In this document: positions 13,090 to 25,100 of the stretch, piece by piece | Numbering within the stretch: position 1 is the first letter of the stretch | How the letters are laid out: every line of letters begins with the position of its first letter | DNA from: Gordius albopunctatus | Lineage: Eukaryota | NCBI GenBank assembly: GCA_964276515.1 | Contig: OZ193909.1 | Coordinates: 17,856,001-17,920,000, forward strand | Direction of reading: 5' to 3' | Length of the DNA stretch: 64,000 bases | Position numbers and translations under genes: made by a program | The notes under the pieces: model-generated | Databases searched by the model: none | Seen by the model: only the letters and a program-made list of their open reading frames with translations | Told to the model about the DNA's origin: nothing

Positions 13090-14720
13090 TATTTTGAAAT
13101 CTTAAGAGCCTCGGCTGAAGAGAGACGATCTTTGTTTTGGTTAAATTGAGCGAATACGTACCTGTAGAGTCGCATTCCAAACAGAGTCGTTTTTCCTAAG
13201 CAGTTAGAGTTTGGCCATCGGATTTTTTGTTATATTCACAGAGGCCTGTGGGTTCAAGAATTGAAGGGAAACTTGGTATACTAATGTATAAGCTTGTTAA
13301 CCGAGGCATGACGAAACCGGATTTTGTTGCGATTGCAGTGAAGGCTATGATGGCTATTAGATTCACATAATTACTGATTGCATCCTAGTCGTAGGCCACT
13401 GATATGTGAATTCGTTGTCTGATAAGTGTAAATCGAGATTACGACTTTGAAAACCCTCGAGCATTCATGACCCGGGGTGAAGCTAAGCTCCTAAGCGCTA
13501 AAAGTTTCTCTGCCGATGCACAATTAATATGTTAAGAGGCACTCGGACAGGGTGCTATTGCAACACTTTTGATTGCTTACTTCAGGGAGTTAAGCGTGAC
13601 GCTGAAGAAGTTCTTCCTTTGTTAGAAGGTAACATCGAATAGGGTGTTACGCCGTAGGGTTAATGATGAGGTGAGGCCTTCATCAGACAGTCGGATCGAT
13701 AGAAATGCAAAAAGTGATAGGGTCCTATCGATTCCTACCTGATGGTTAAAAGTTTGTAAACTTTTATTTTTAACAATTAAAATTTTTGTTATAAATATTA
13801 TTAAACCAAAATGTGTCCATCAGCAGGTTGTTCGTTTGTGTTTGAGGGAAATCGCATTGCAAGAAGTCAGAAATGTAATGAAGGCACTTTTAGGTGCTAG
13901 ACCATAAGTGGTCCGAAGGATCAACATGGGTTCCAAGATTGGACCCCCTGGCTAGGTCTAAAGACCTGGCTTTTATATATCTTTTGATAAAGATAATACA
14001 ATCGCCTCATATAGGAACCTTTCGTTTTATAGACTTACCCCTTTTCAAAACTAACGAAGGACCACTCGAGTAATCCAAAAGGAATGGGGCCTTTCCCTGA
14101 ATACTACGTTCCGTAGCTTATCTTTCTTTGAAAGAACTATCTCGACTAGAACTTCTTTTAAATTGGACCTCTTCCAAGAGCGGTTACGAATGGCTCGAAG
14201 CAGTCCTGAGCAAAAATTTAGTCCATATGTCTGGGGAGGAGTTAGGCATTGCCATAGACCTCCGTCTCGGCTGTGACAATGCGATCTATGCAAACAGCCG
14301 GTCCAACCCAATGGACATCATTCCCTCCATTGCAAATATAGCAAGGGCCGCAAGCCCAGAACCACGGCGATTAACAAAACCTTCGGCCAGTACCTTAGGA
14401 AGGCTGACTATCCAAACAACTTGGAGCACGTTCTTAGCTCAACCGACGGGAAAAGGCCTGACAAGGTCACACTCATTCCATGATCCCGTAAACTGAATCT
14501 AACTTGGGACTTTACCACGGTCGACATATTTGCCCCATTCAACTCCTCTCCTGACCTTATAGTAAGTGCAGAGAATAGAAAGACAATCAAATATTCCTCC
14601 CTCGCGGACACAATATTCATTTCTGTAATGGCAACCACAATCGGAAATTTAACCATTGAAACTTTAGCTCTTGAAACAAATTTAAAAGAGCAATATCTAA
14701 CGTCTCATTAGATTTGAAAG
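13090..14720 (-). pseudogene. Heavily decayed non-LTR retrotransposon (APE + RT remnants)
   Basis: Minus-strand IVVAITE (APE-like) at ~14640, a GSNLG-like RT motif at ~13930-13948 and an ADG/ADD-like remnant at ~13820. GC is elevated and there are many stops. Confidence 0.5.
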
Positions 14721-16146
14721 AGAATTTTTTATCAGGCAAAAGATCACAATGGAAATCGTTAAATCAAACACAATTTACATATACGGATCAATGCCATCAG
14801 TTTAGTCTTAGCGCGTTTTTATAGTTTTTAAATCGTGAATGTTTTTTGTATCGTTTAAATTTTTTTTAATTAAGTTAATATTACAATAACAAACATTTTT
14901 AAAATATAATTATTTTAAAAGTGATTTTCTAAAAGTCCAAACATATGCATTCCTTTTTAAATAGAAACTTTGATATATATGGACTATTAGTTCCTTTTAC
15001 TACAGGCAAAGGAAGATTATTAAGAACTGTTTTCATGATGATATATTAATACATTGAAATATAATAGTGGTTATTACTTATTTACTTTTTCTTATTTTGA
15101 CAAATGGGACATGAGAAAGGATTTATAAAAAAAGCTAAACATTGACATTTATGTATTTATTAAAATTTAAAGCTGTAGAGTTTTACCCTTTAAACTTAAA
15201 CTACTTTTAAATTTCGATCCCTCAACAGTTTTTCCCCTGGTTAATCGTTTGTTAAACTAACTAGTTTATTTTGTCAATTATAAGTTGCCGTATTGTAAAA
15301 AAGGTAAAATATGAAATAAAAAGACAAACTTTATAATTAGGCCAATCAATCAATAGACTTTTAGCCTAATGAACTAATTTTTCCTGGTTTGCCCTATAAA
15401 TAAACCTCAAAATCATCCTAACTTAATATCACTTTCAATAAGCAATGATCTATTGATAAATTGTTACTTTAAGATGCGAGTGAAAATCTTTAGTTGAAAG
15501 TCAGTTTATTAAAAGCTTATTTCCAAATTTATGCAAAATTTGGATAACATGTTTAAATAAACTATTAAATAAAATAAATGACTAAAACTTGTTTTCCTGA
15601 TAAAATCAAAAGTCAACTTAAAAAAATTTACATTTGTAATAAATAAATGCATTAAAACATATTTGAGCTGAACATTTTTATATGTTATGTTTGATAAAAA
15701 ATTAAAATATTTTATTACCAAAAATAAACCATTTTTATCTTTGCACCTCGGCTGTTATGTACGCATATTTATCTAAGCCCTTTATAATGATGACACAGGA
15801 ATCAACGCAGATTGAAACTATTTGCACTCCATCATTTATTAGCTATTATAAGCATATAAATGCCTACCTTGTGCAAACAATACATCAATATACATTTTTT
15901 ATTTTTTGCGGAATTTCCTCATATTATGCTATTTATTTTACAATGGGTCATTGCTAACTTCAAATGTCATTTTATAAATGTCATATTATTTTTCATTTTA
16001 CTACATTCTATCTCTTCGAAATACACGATTCGCCCAAAAACTAGAGGTTCAAACCGACATTTCATTTTATATTTTAATTTATTTTTACTAACTTATAAAA
16101 AGAAATCTTTCAATTTTGTTTTAGTTTTTATAATTATATCCCTTAG

Positions 16147-19100
16147 TTAAAAGAAATTATGAAGTAAACAGTGCTCAATTCGATTCGAGTTCCGCTAATT
16201 TTGGAGCCGATATTTGTACCAATTTTTATGGATTCGCCTGCGACAAATGGATTCAAAATTTTGCAAACAACATAACCGATTCTAATCAGTTGCTTTCCAC
16301 AGCTCAAATACTGGCCATGGAAAATATACAATTCTTGGCCAACCTTTTAAAAGGTCAGGAACTTAAAAAATTTAAATTTTGCTGACAATAATTTTTATAA
16401 ATACATTTTGCAATCATAATGCATATTTTTTATCTATAACTTGCTTGATAACGGATATAATTTCATGACGTTAATATATAGATATTTAAAAAAATATAAT
16501 ATTGGTTCAATACTTTATAAATGTTCTTACCGTCCCCGTAAAATTTTAAGCTTATAGGTAAAATAAGTAAAATAATTTATTTTGTTGTAATACCTAAGCC
16601 ATGAATTAAATTAAAAAACTTTACAAAAAATTAATATTTATTCCTAATATTTTTTTAATCGCATAATATTATACACATAAATCGAGCTAGATCCGACTAG
16701 AAGGGTAGGAGCGCACGGGTTCGAGTGCAAGAGCAATGATTTATTTACCTCTTGTATGAATCGCGATGCATCGCACCAGCGCTGGGATGCTGCCGCTCGT
16801 GACGCAGTAGCGCAAGGTTTATTGAGTACCAGCGCATGGAAGAGTAGCAAGCGCGCTTTCGTGCATCAAGATTTTGAGGCGCTTCGCATCGAAACCATGT
16901 CAACTATAAATGAGGGTCGATGGAATTTTCAGCAACTTTTTACCGAACTAGCCCGACTCAATATTTTCATGAAAATAGATGTTCAACCCGATTACACGGC
17001 AAATTATGGAAATAAATTGGTGTTGGGTAAGTCGGATTTACGGCTTAAAGTTATCCGATACTATCAAGACCGAGAAGCTTTTGGAGCTTATAAAACGTAT
17101 GCCTTAGCCATTATGAATCGATTGTTCGGAATGGAAGCTGTTGAGGTTTACCGACTACTCAACGTGGAAAAAGAGTTTGTCCTGGTAAGCGACCATGAGC
17201 ATAGCCAGCATTGGAATTAGAGGGGGGAAATAATGATATAGGGAGGGGCAAAATGATCATTTTTTGAAATTTTAGCCATAATTTTAATAAACTTAACCAA
17301 TTTTTGGATTAAGAGGGGGCAGCCGCCCCTCCCTGCCGACCTCCCTTTGTTACGCCCACTAAGCGACATATTATTGATAAATCGGGGGGGGGATTAATGG
17401 TATCGAATTCTTTTAGCTTATCTAGAATATTACTATCGTTAACACAAATATTGTAATTTAGCACAATTTTGCTTATTTTTAAAAACCTTTTGAGGCGTCA
17501 TATCAAAATAGATATCGCCTATAAAAGGTTTATTTTAAAAATATAAATTTCTAGAATTTTATTTAGTTTAGCTTAGATATTGTAAAGGCTTCTAAGACTA
17601 TAAAACCGAGATAATTTGTCCCGTCGCGATTTTCAACTTTGCTTGCATATGAAATGTAACTAAATTTGTAGAATATCAACTTAAAAAAACGTCTAATCTT
17701 CTTATAATAGGCTGATGCCAATGCGAGGGATGAAGATTCGTTCAATCAGTTCAGGATAATCTCCCTAAATGATATGGATAAACGATTTCCCTACGTAAAT
17801 AGCTAATCAAAGAAACTTTATAATATTATTTGTTTAAAATTTTAGATTAAATGGACCACATTTTTTCGAGACTTATACGATACCTATGACGTACAACACA
17901 ATCTCACCAAGGTCACAGTGGAATCAATTAATTACCTAATCAGACTTAACCAAATTTTTAACGTAGCCCTATCAATTCCAAGCTATAAAAAGTAAAAAAT
18001 TCACAAAAATACATTAGAATAAAACGATTTCTATTGATTTATTCCCAGAAACTTGCATACTAAAGTTATTAAAATTTGGGATATAATTTGAGTATCTATA
18101 ATTATTTCCTTATTTTTTGTAGTTTCTTATAAATAAATAGAAAAATAGATATCTTCTTCGGAAGAGTAAGAACAACATTCTAACAACACCTCACATATTT
18201 CATGATGAGTTTAAGAACCCGAATAAGTTCTTAAATTCAATAATACAAATCATTTTGTTTATTCGCGCGAAAATTGGCATTTTACCGTTTTTTGAGGCTA
18301 TATTCCCACGCCAGTTTATATTTAATAATATTTATATAATCCTATAGACCATTTGTTCCTAATTTAATTTTTTGTTTCACCATCACTTGGAACCTCCCAC
18401 TTATGTATGGGAAAACAGAGTACATTAGAGTACAATACAAACTAATTTTCTTCATAGATATATTTTCGGGAATTGCCGAGGGTGTTAAAAAGATATTATA
18501 ATTATTATAATATTTCGTCCTCATAGAGGACATCATCAGATAAGTAAAATAAATTTAAACAAAATAGAATATAACCTAAATAGTAGAATGTTCTTTTGGT
18601 TGTATATTATAATAATTATAATATTTTTTTAACATCCTCGACAATCCCCGAAAATATATCTATGAAGAACATTAAAAATTTTCTAAAATACGTTTGAGAT
18701 GTTAAAAACACAACAGATCACTATCTCCCTTCACTTAATTTTTCTCCGTTTCCTCCTCTCCCCCCACCCTTTCCTTTTGTACTTAACTTTAACTGAGAAC
18801 AAATTTATATAGCCTAGGATAAATGAGAAATAAAAATTTCACCATGTAAACTGGTTTTTTCATTTTATAAAAGGATGTTGAACGATTACATGCTGTTCGT
18901 TGTGGTGGACAGTCTAATACAGTATATGCCAGAAGAGATCAGGGCTTTGAAAAGGCCAGCTCTACGTTATTTAAAAAGGTACCAATGGGACACATCCAAT
19001 GATCAATTTTGTGTCCAGCTCACAGAAAATTTAATGCCTGGAACTATGTCTCGCCTTTATATCAATAACGCACCGCTGCAAAATGAATACGCCGAGGTAT

Positions 19101-22100
19101 TTCATATCCTAAACTTATTTTTTTAATTATAACCCCACTGTTTTTCTCGCTAAATTTTGCAAGCAAGCTATGCACGAGTAGTTTAAATTTTTTTCTCATT
19201 TTTTGTAATTATCAACAGTCATTCGGACTTCTTGGGTATAAATGTAATTATCTATTGCCATTCAGATTTCTTAAAATTCGTAAAAAAATAACAATTATCA
19301 GATTATTGGCAATACATATATAAACATGGGCGTCGTAGCCAAGAGGGGCAGGGAGGGGCGACTGCCCCCCTCTAAATCCAAAAATTTGTTAAAAAGTCTT
19401 AATATTATGGAGTCTTAAGAAATATTCATTTTACCCCTCCCTAAATCATTATAGCCCCCTTCTAATTCCAATGCTGGCTAAGTCCATGTATTTAACCATG
19501 ACTAAACATATAGCATAAACTAAGTTATACAATGCTATTGCTGCTACAATTTTGATAAATGAATTATAAATTTTTTATAGCCAGTCAGTAATAAATATTT
19601 AAAATATATTCTTGACTTTTCAAAAATTGACATTGATAAAATGTCCTAACTAATCTTTTAAATTGCGATTTAATTTTTACAAAATGTATACTAATAAAAC
19701 CTATAAAATTTTAAAAACTCTGTTTTTGTCTATTTTCTAAGGTACAAGCAATGTTTACCGAAATACAAAAAGCCTATGTAGAGAATATTCAACAACTACC
19801 TTGGGTACCATTTCTCGACAAAAATCCGTTAATAAAAAAAGTAAAAGTTACTCATTATTTAAAGTAAATTTTTTTTATTAACCAACAAGATTCTCAATAC
19901 AAAATTGGTGATTGGCTCCTCAGATAATATAAAAAACGCTGACTACATGGAAAAGAAGTTTGAGAAAGTAAATTATAAGTTTTAATTAAACTGTATCAAT
20001 TTTAAAGCTCAAAATATCGCGCGAAAATTTTTGGGGAAATGTCATCGAAGCGGAACATTTAGCAACTTCCCACTTTTACAATCAAATTAGAAACGATGCT
20101 CGGGTTATAAAGTATAAAAACATTTTTATTAATATAAAATAACCTGATAGATTACCTAAAGGTAGCATGTAAGTGTAGCCAGGGGGTGGCAGCGAGAGGC
20201 GGCTCCCCTCTCTAAATCAAAAAATTCTTCAAAATTTAATATAATCCTGGCTAAAATTACAAAAAATTATCATTTTGACCCTAACCCTAATTATAAATTC
20301 AATCCTGGCTACGCTTATAAGCATGTGTATAATATAAGTCCGGAGACCGGCTTAGGACAGGTCCTGGACCCCCCCCCCCCGGGTTTGGTTCGTAAGAACT
20401 TCTGCCGGAGGCATTTATTCACGCGTTAATATCAAATAAAGCTATAAGCGTAAAAAAGATAAACATTGAGGGGTGAATAAGGTGAGTAAAATTGTAGGGG
20501 GGGGAAGCTAATTTTTGGGGGAACAGGTTAAGGATAAGAACGGGCGATAGATAGCTGGAGGGTATCACGTAGAAGGAAAATAAACAAGTGATAGCCGGAG
20601 GGCAGGCATAGGTATTTATACTCTGGCTGCGCATGGGTTTGTTATGGTTCTAAATCAACTATCTCGACCGGGAATTCGCTTTCCCAAAAGGCAAGGTCAA
20701 TTTCGTTTTCGGTTGGTATCCCCTCTTGTAGGATGAAACTGATGTCCCCGAGTTCGGACTCGGGCAATTCTGGAATCCAGTACCGTGAGGGGTTGTCTGC
20801 TGGGTTTTGATCTGTCGGTGTCCATGCCAGGTTGAAGTGGATATTAAGCAAGTGTTTTAGGCCATATGTTTTGACGAACGTGGCGATTGCTTCCTCTATG
20901 GTGGGGGAGTTCGATCCGCCTTTTTTGAGGACGTAATATGCCGTTGCCGAATCTGTCACTATCTTTGGGTGGTCATTTCCTGCTAAGAAGGATCGAATGT
21001 ACCCGTATAGGACCGCTACCGTTTCAGCTAACGGGATGTGGTGTGGCTCTCTCCACTTCCACCCAAACGCGGCTGCCGCATTGTGGAAGCTGTTCGAGTG
21101 CGGACCGTTTTCGTCCAGGATACCGATGTGTGATCCTGACGCATCGACATAAACCGTGTTAGAGGCTTTAACATAGAGTGGAACCGTATCGTGTGTTAAC
21201 TTTAAGATGGCCATTAGTTTTTCCCCCGCTAGTTTTCTATCGAACCAGGGCGGGTTTTCCCCCGTCAGGCTATAAAAACTCGCAAAGAGCTTGGACATTC
21301 CTGTCAGGTTATAAAAGAAATAATTAAGGACACCAAGGGCTTCTAACAAGGTGTTTTTTGGTACGTCTCTTTGTAAGGCAATGAAGAGGACGTCGACTGC
21401 AATCCTGAGTCTATCCGCGGTTTTTGGTTTGCATTTAATTGCCGACACGTCCAGCTTCAGTTCCATTCCTAAGTATTCTATGTGGGTAGACGGTAGGATG
21501 GAGGATTTGGCTAGGTTTATGGTCATCCCCCAGTCGGTGGCTAGTTCGGCTAATCGTTCTAGGTCTTCTTGGACATTATCGAACGAGTGGCTGTAGATAA
21601 GAAGATCATCAACATATACGTTATACTTGGATTTTTTGATTGCCTTCTTTGCCAGATCGCTCACGACCATCTGTAGAACGAAGGGGGATAAAAGCGGCTC
21701 CCATTGGCAATACGTTGTACTCGAAAGGCTTTCTTTTCCATACGTATCCTAGGTATCGTTTGGTTGACGCATGTACGGGGATCGAGAAGAAGGCCGCTTT
21801 GAAGTCTATTTTGGCCCCGTATCGTGCCGATGCTAAATGCTTGGCTGTCAGTGGGATATTAGCCAGCTTCATCGGCTTTGGCAGGAAGTTTTTTGAGGCT
21901 TCCGAGAGGTCTGTAATAACGCGTGCGTCGCCATTTGGTTTTGCAATAAAGAATGTTGCTGACCTAATTAGCAGTTTGCTAGATTGCGACGTTATCCCTG
22001 CTTGCGGCAGCTCGGTGAAGTACGCGGGAGGTCCCTTAGAGTATCGTTTGTTGCGAGCTGGTTTGAAGAGGCTTCCGTTAGTTTGGATGCGTTCCTTGTC

Positions 22101-25100
22101 TAGCGCAGCTTTGTAGCCATGTGTGGCTACCTTCCTCGTAAAAGGAGACATTAATGGATGAGGTTTTAACCTGCTGGTTCTAATGTCTAGGGCGCCCGTT
22201 GACCTTGTCGAAGGGGAAGCCTTCGTCCATCCGAAGAGCACTTTGTGTGCTAACAGCAGGGGTCGGATTGGTCCCGACCCCGCGTCCCGACCGAGGGATT
22301 CTTTGGAATCCGAGATGCGCTGCTCGGATTCGGACGGTAGCGGTGGCGAGTCGTTTTGTGGTAAGGATGTACGCGGCGAGCTGTCCGGCGAACTCGGTTC
22401 GTCGTCCGCGGGCGGAGAAAAGATGATCCGGCGCATCTCTCTAAGAAAGAACGACACGTTCTTAAGCCACGGTTGAGAGATGATCTCTTTGTCTCCAAAA
22501 GGGGTCGGTAAGCTGTCAGGCCCGAACTCCCATTGGTTCGCTATCTTTTTTAGGCGCTTCCTAGTTCCTGGCAGGGGGCGCGCCCTTTTTGAGGTTGCGG
22601 CCCTTAGATGGGCATCTGCCCCTGCAGCTGCCGGAAAAAACTGTTTACGCTGCGGATCTCGTTTGATATCGACGTCTTTCCATTTCATCTCCTTGAGCCA
22701 TTCGGCGTCTTGTGAGGCCGCAGTCTGCCAATTAAACTTAATGGCCAGACACATCTTTTTTAGCTGGTCGTCGATTGGGATGAGTTCTTCCAACGTCATC
22801 GGGATCCTTGTCAGTTTGGCACAATGAATTGCGAAGCGTGCTTCATGCTTGTCTCGTTTTGCGGCTTTTCCGTCAGGGTCGGCGATAAGGTCTTCGAGGC
22901 CTTTTCGATGGAGGTTTAGGTCCTCTAGGACCGATTCCACTGTTCTCGGTGGTTCCGGCGCCGGTATGATTTGCATTGTCGATGGCTGCCCTGCTGGTGC
23001 TGGGGTTATTACTGTTGCCATCGGTGGGCCCAAGTTGCTTCGTTGAAGCAGTTGTTGCAAAGCCTCTGTCTGGACTCTTTGGGCCTCGGCTTGTTTATTT
23101 AAGGCTGCTACGGTCGACTTTTGGATCTTGATGATTCTTTGAATAAGCCCTTCCAGAGCATTATCCGATCCTGCTCCTGTCACGCTGGTGTTCGCAGTTG
23201 GGGACGTCAGGGAGTTATCTGGAGTTAGTAAAATAAAACTATGTTTATCTACAGTTTGAGATCTTGTGTTTACCATTAACTAAAATTAATTTTTGGGGAA
23301 CAGGTTAAGGATAAGAACGGGCGATAGATAGCTGGAGGGTATCTCGTAGAAGGAAAATAAACAAGTTTCCCCAAAAAATTCAATTACGATTAATTAACAT
23401 CCACATAACGTCTAAATTAATTAAAACATTTCGACAAACTTTTTAAAAGACAACTCCATTTAGTTTTTTTACAGTTTAATAAATAATTCGAATAAACGAT
23501 CGCCTGCAAAAAAAAGAATATTATTAAAAAGTCTGAATTGCTCTGTTCCCAATGAAGGTTACAGTTTACAAGGTGCATTTAGAATGATCTCTGCAAATAT
23601 AATAGATATTTTGCAAACCACAAAGGGGCAGGAAGGGGCGGTTGCCCCCCTCTAAATCCAAAACCTTGTTGAAATTTATTAAAATCATGGCTAAAATTTC
23701 CAAAAATGATTATTTTGCTCCTCCCTGAATCATTATTACCCCTCTCTAATCCCCTCATGCATCCAATCTTAACAAAGATTGATATTATTTTTTAAAGTTT
23801 AGTTCTCATCATTTATACCTGCTATTTATGAGCCATTTATAGTCGAAATTTTCTATTAAGGATAGGCTATCTCATTATAAGATCATATATATATAAATAT
23901 ATTAGCACTTTTTATCTTAATCTAATAACGATATACTATCCAACTAAAAACTAGTAGCATTTGTATTCCAAAATATAATTTTTTATGTTAAGCGAACGAG
24001 ATGTAGTAACATATGATGCCAATGCTCTCTACTTATATGCTTCAAACACTATCTGTAAGTATATTCATTTAACGTTACTATTTTAAAATGTATTCTATAT
24101 ATTTCCTACATAAATTTCATGACTATTTGTAAAGTAATTTACAATTCGTTTAATAGTACCTAATGTTCTCTTTCCCATTGCTTTAACACCAGTTTTATTC
24201 TTATACTATTATCAATTCCAATTCATTTTTGTTTATTATAAGGGTTCTCTACATTTTATTATGAAGATAAAATGTAAGATTTACCCAATAAGCTTGAATC
24301 CTTTATATTTGCTAAGCAAAAACAATATTTACATTTGCACAGACATCCCGGCAGGAATTTTAAGAGCACCCTTTTACAACTCATCCTATCCTCCGTGAGT
24401 AAATTTATAGTGTTGGCCGCTGCCTATATTTATGTTGTGCTAACAGGCCAAATCAAAAAGCATATGAATAACCATCTTTATTTAACTACTATCATTACGT
24501 CAATCTACATTAATATCTTATAAATAAACTTGTAGATAATTATATGAGCGCAAATTTAATTTAAAATGACATTTAATTATTTATAATTCTTTGAATAATA
24601 TAGGGGGAGCACTTTTATATACATTCATTTATTAAAATTGTTAAATTTTAATTCTTAAAATCGTTAAAATTTTAATTCTTAAAATCGTTAAAATTTTAAT
24701 TCTTAAAATCGTTAAAATTTTAATTCTTAAAATCTAGATGAAAGATTAACAATCCGTTACATTAATTTTTTAAACGCTTATCAAATTTGTATTCAAACAA
24801 CAGAGCGGTAAAATACGGCACTATCGGAGTTACAATAGCACATGAGCTTACCCATGCTTTAGATGACCAAGGTTTCCTATATATTTTTACAATGATAGAA
24901 TCTAAATTTTTCAAAAAGTCAGTAAAACCTATAATTCCATGTAAAAAAAGGCATTATGTGCAATGAAAATGGTATTTATCGGCAATGGATTAGCTATGAG
25001 ACGGTCGATAAGCTATATGCAAAAGTGGAATGCTTTAAAGATCAATATTCAGGGTTCAATTACGAAAATATCCAAGTCTATAACAACCAAAATATATACC

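Larger units (their letters stand above)
20338..23380 (-). mobile_element. Hepadnavirus-like (HEART/DIRS-related) RT-RNase H retroelement with an 80-bp terminal direct repeat and no integrase or recombinase
   Basis: GC-rich 3.0 kb block in an M13 intron, direct repeat 23287-23366 / 20509-20589, and one long ORF split by a single frameshift. No TSD seen. Confidence 0.8.

Noticed and set aside
14740..16146. Candidate 5' exons for the M13 gene
   Set aside because: Several short open segments exist, but none could be joined with confidence.
20025..20040. AATTTTTGGGGAA in an M13 exon matching the retroelement repeat end
   Set aside because: It encodes host residues (ENFWGN) and is low-complexity; probably coincidence.
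20938..23046. Plus-strand ORFs antisense to the retroelement
   Set aside because: They are shadow frames of a GC-rich coding strand with no recognisable motifs.
23240..23366. HBV epsilon-like bulged stem (TGTTTA/TCTAC pairing with GTAGA/TAAACA)
   Set aside because: The stems are only 5-6 bp with a ~90-nt loop in AT-rich sequence; this is not supportable without folding and covariation.
20338..23380. Canonical DIRS/Ngaro or LTR element
   Set aside because: No tyrosine recombinase or integrase, no ITR/ICR, no matching B repeat, and no TG..CA ends or PBS. A deleted DIRS-like derivative remains an alternative to test.
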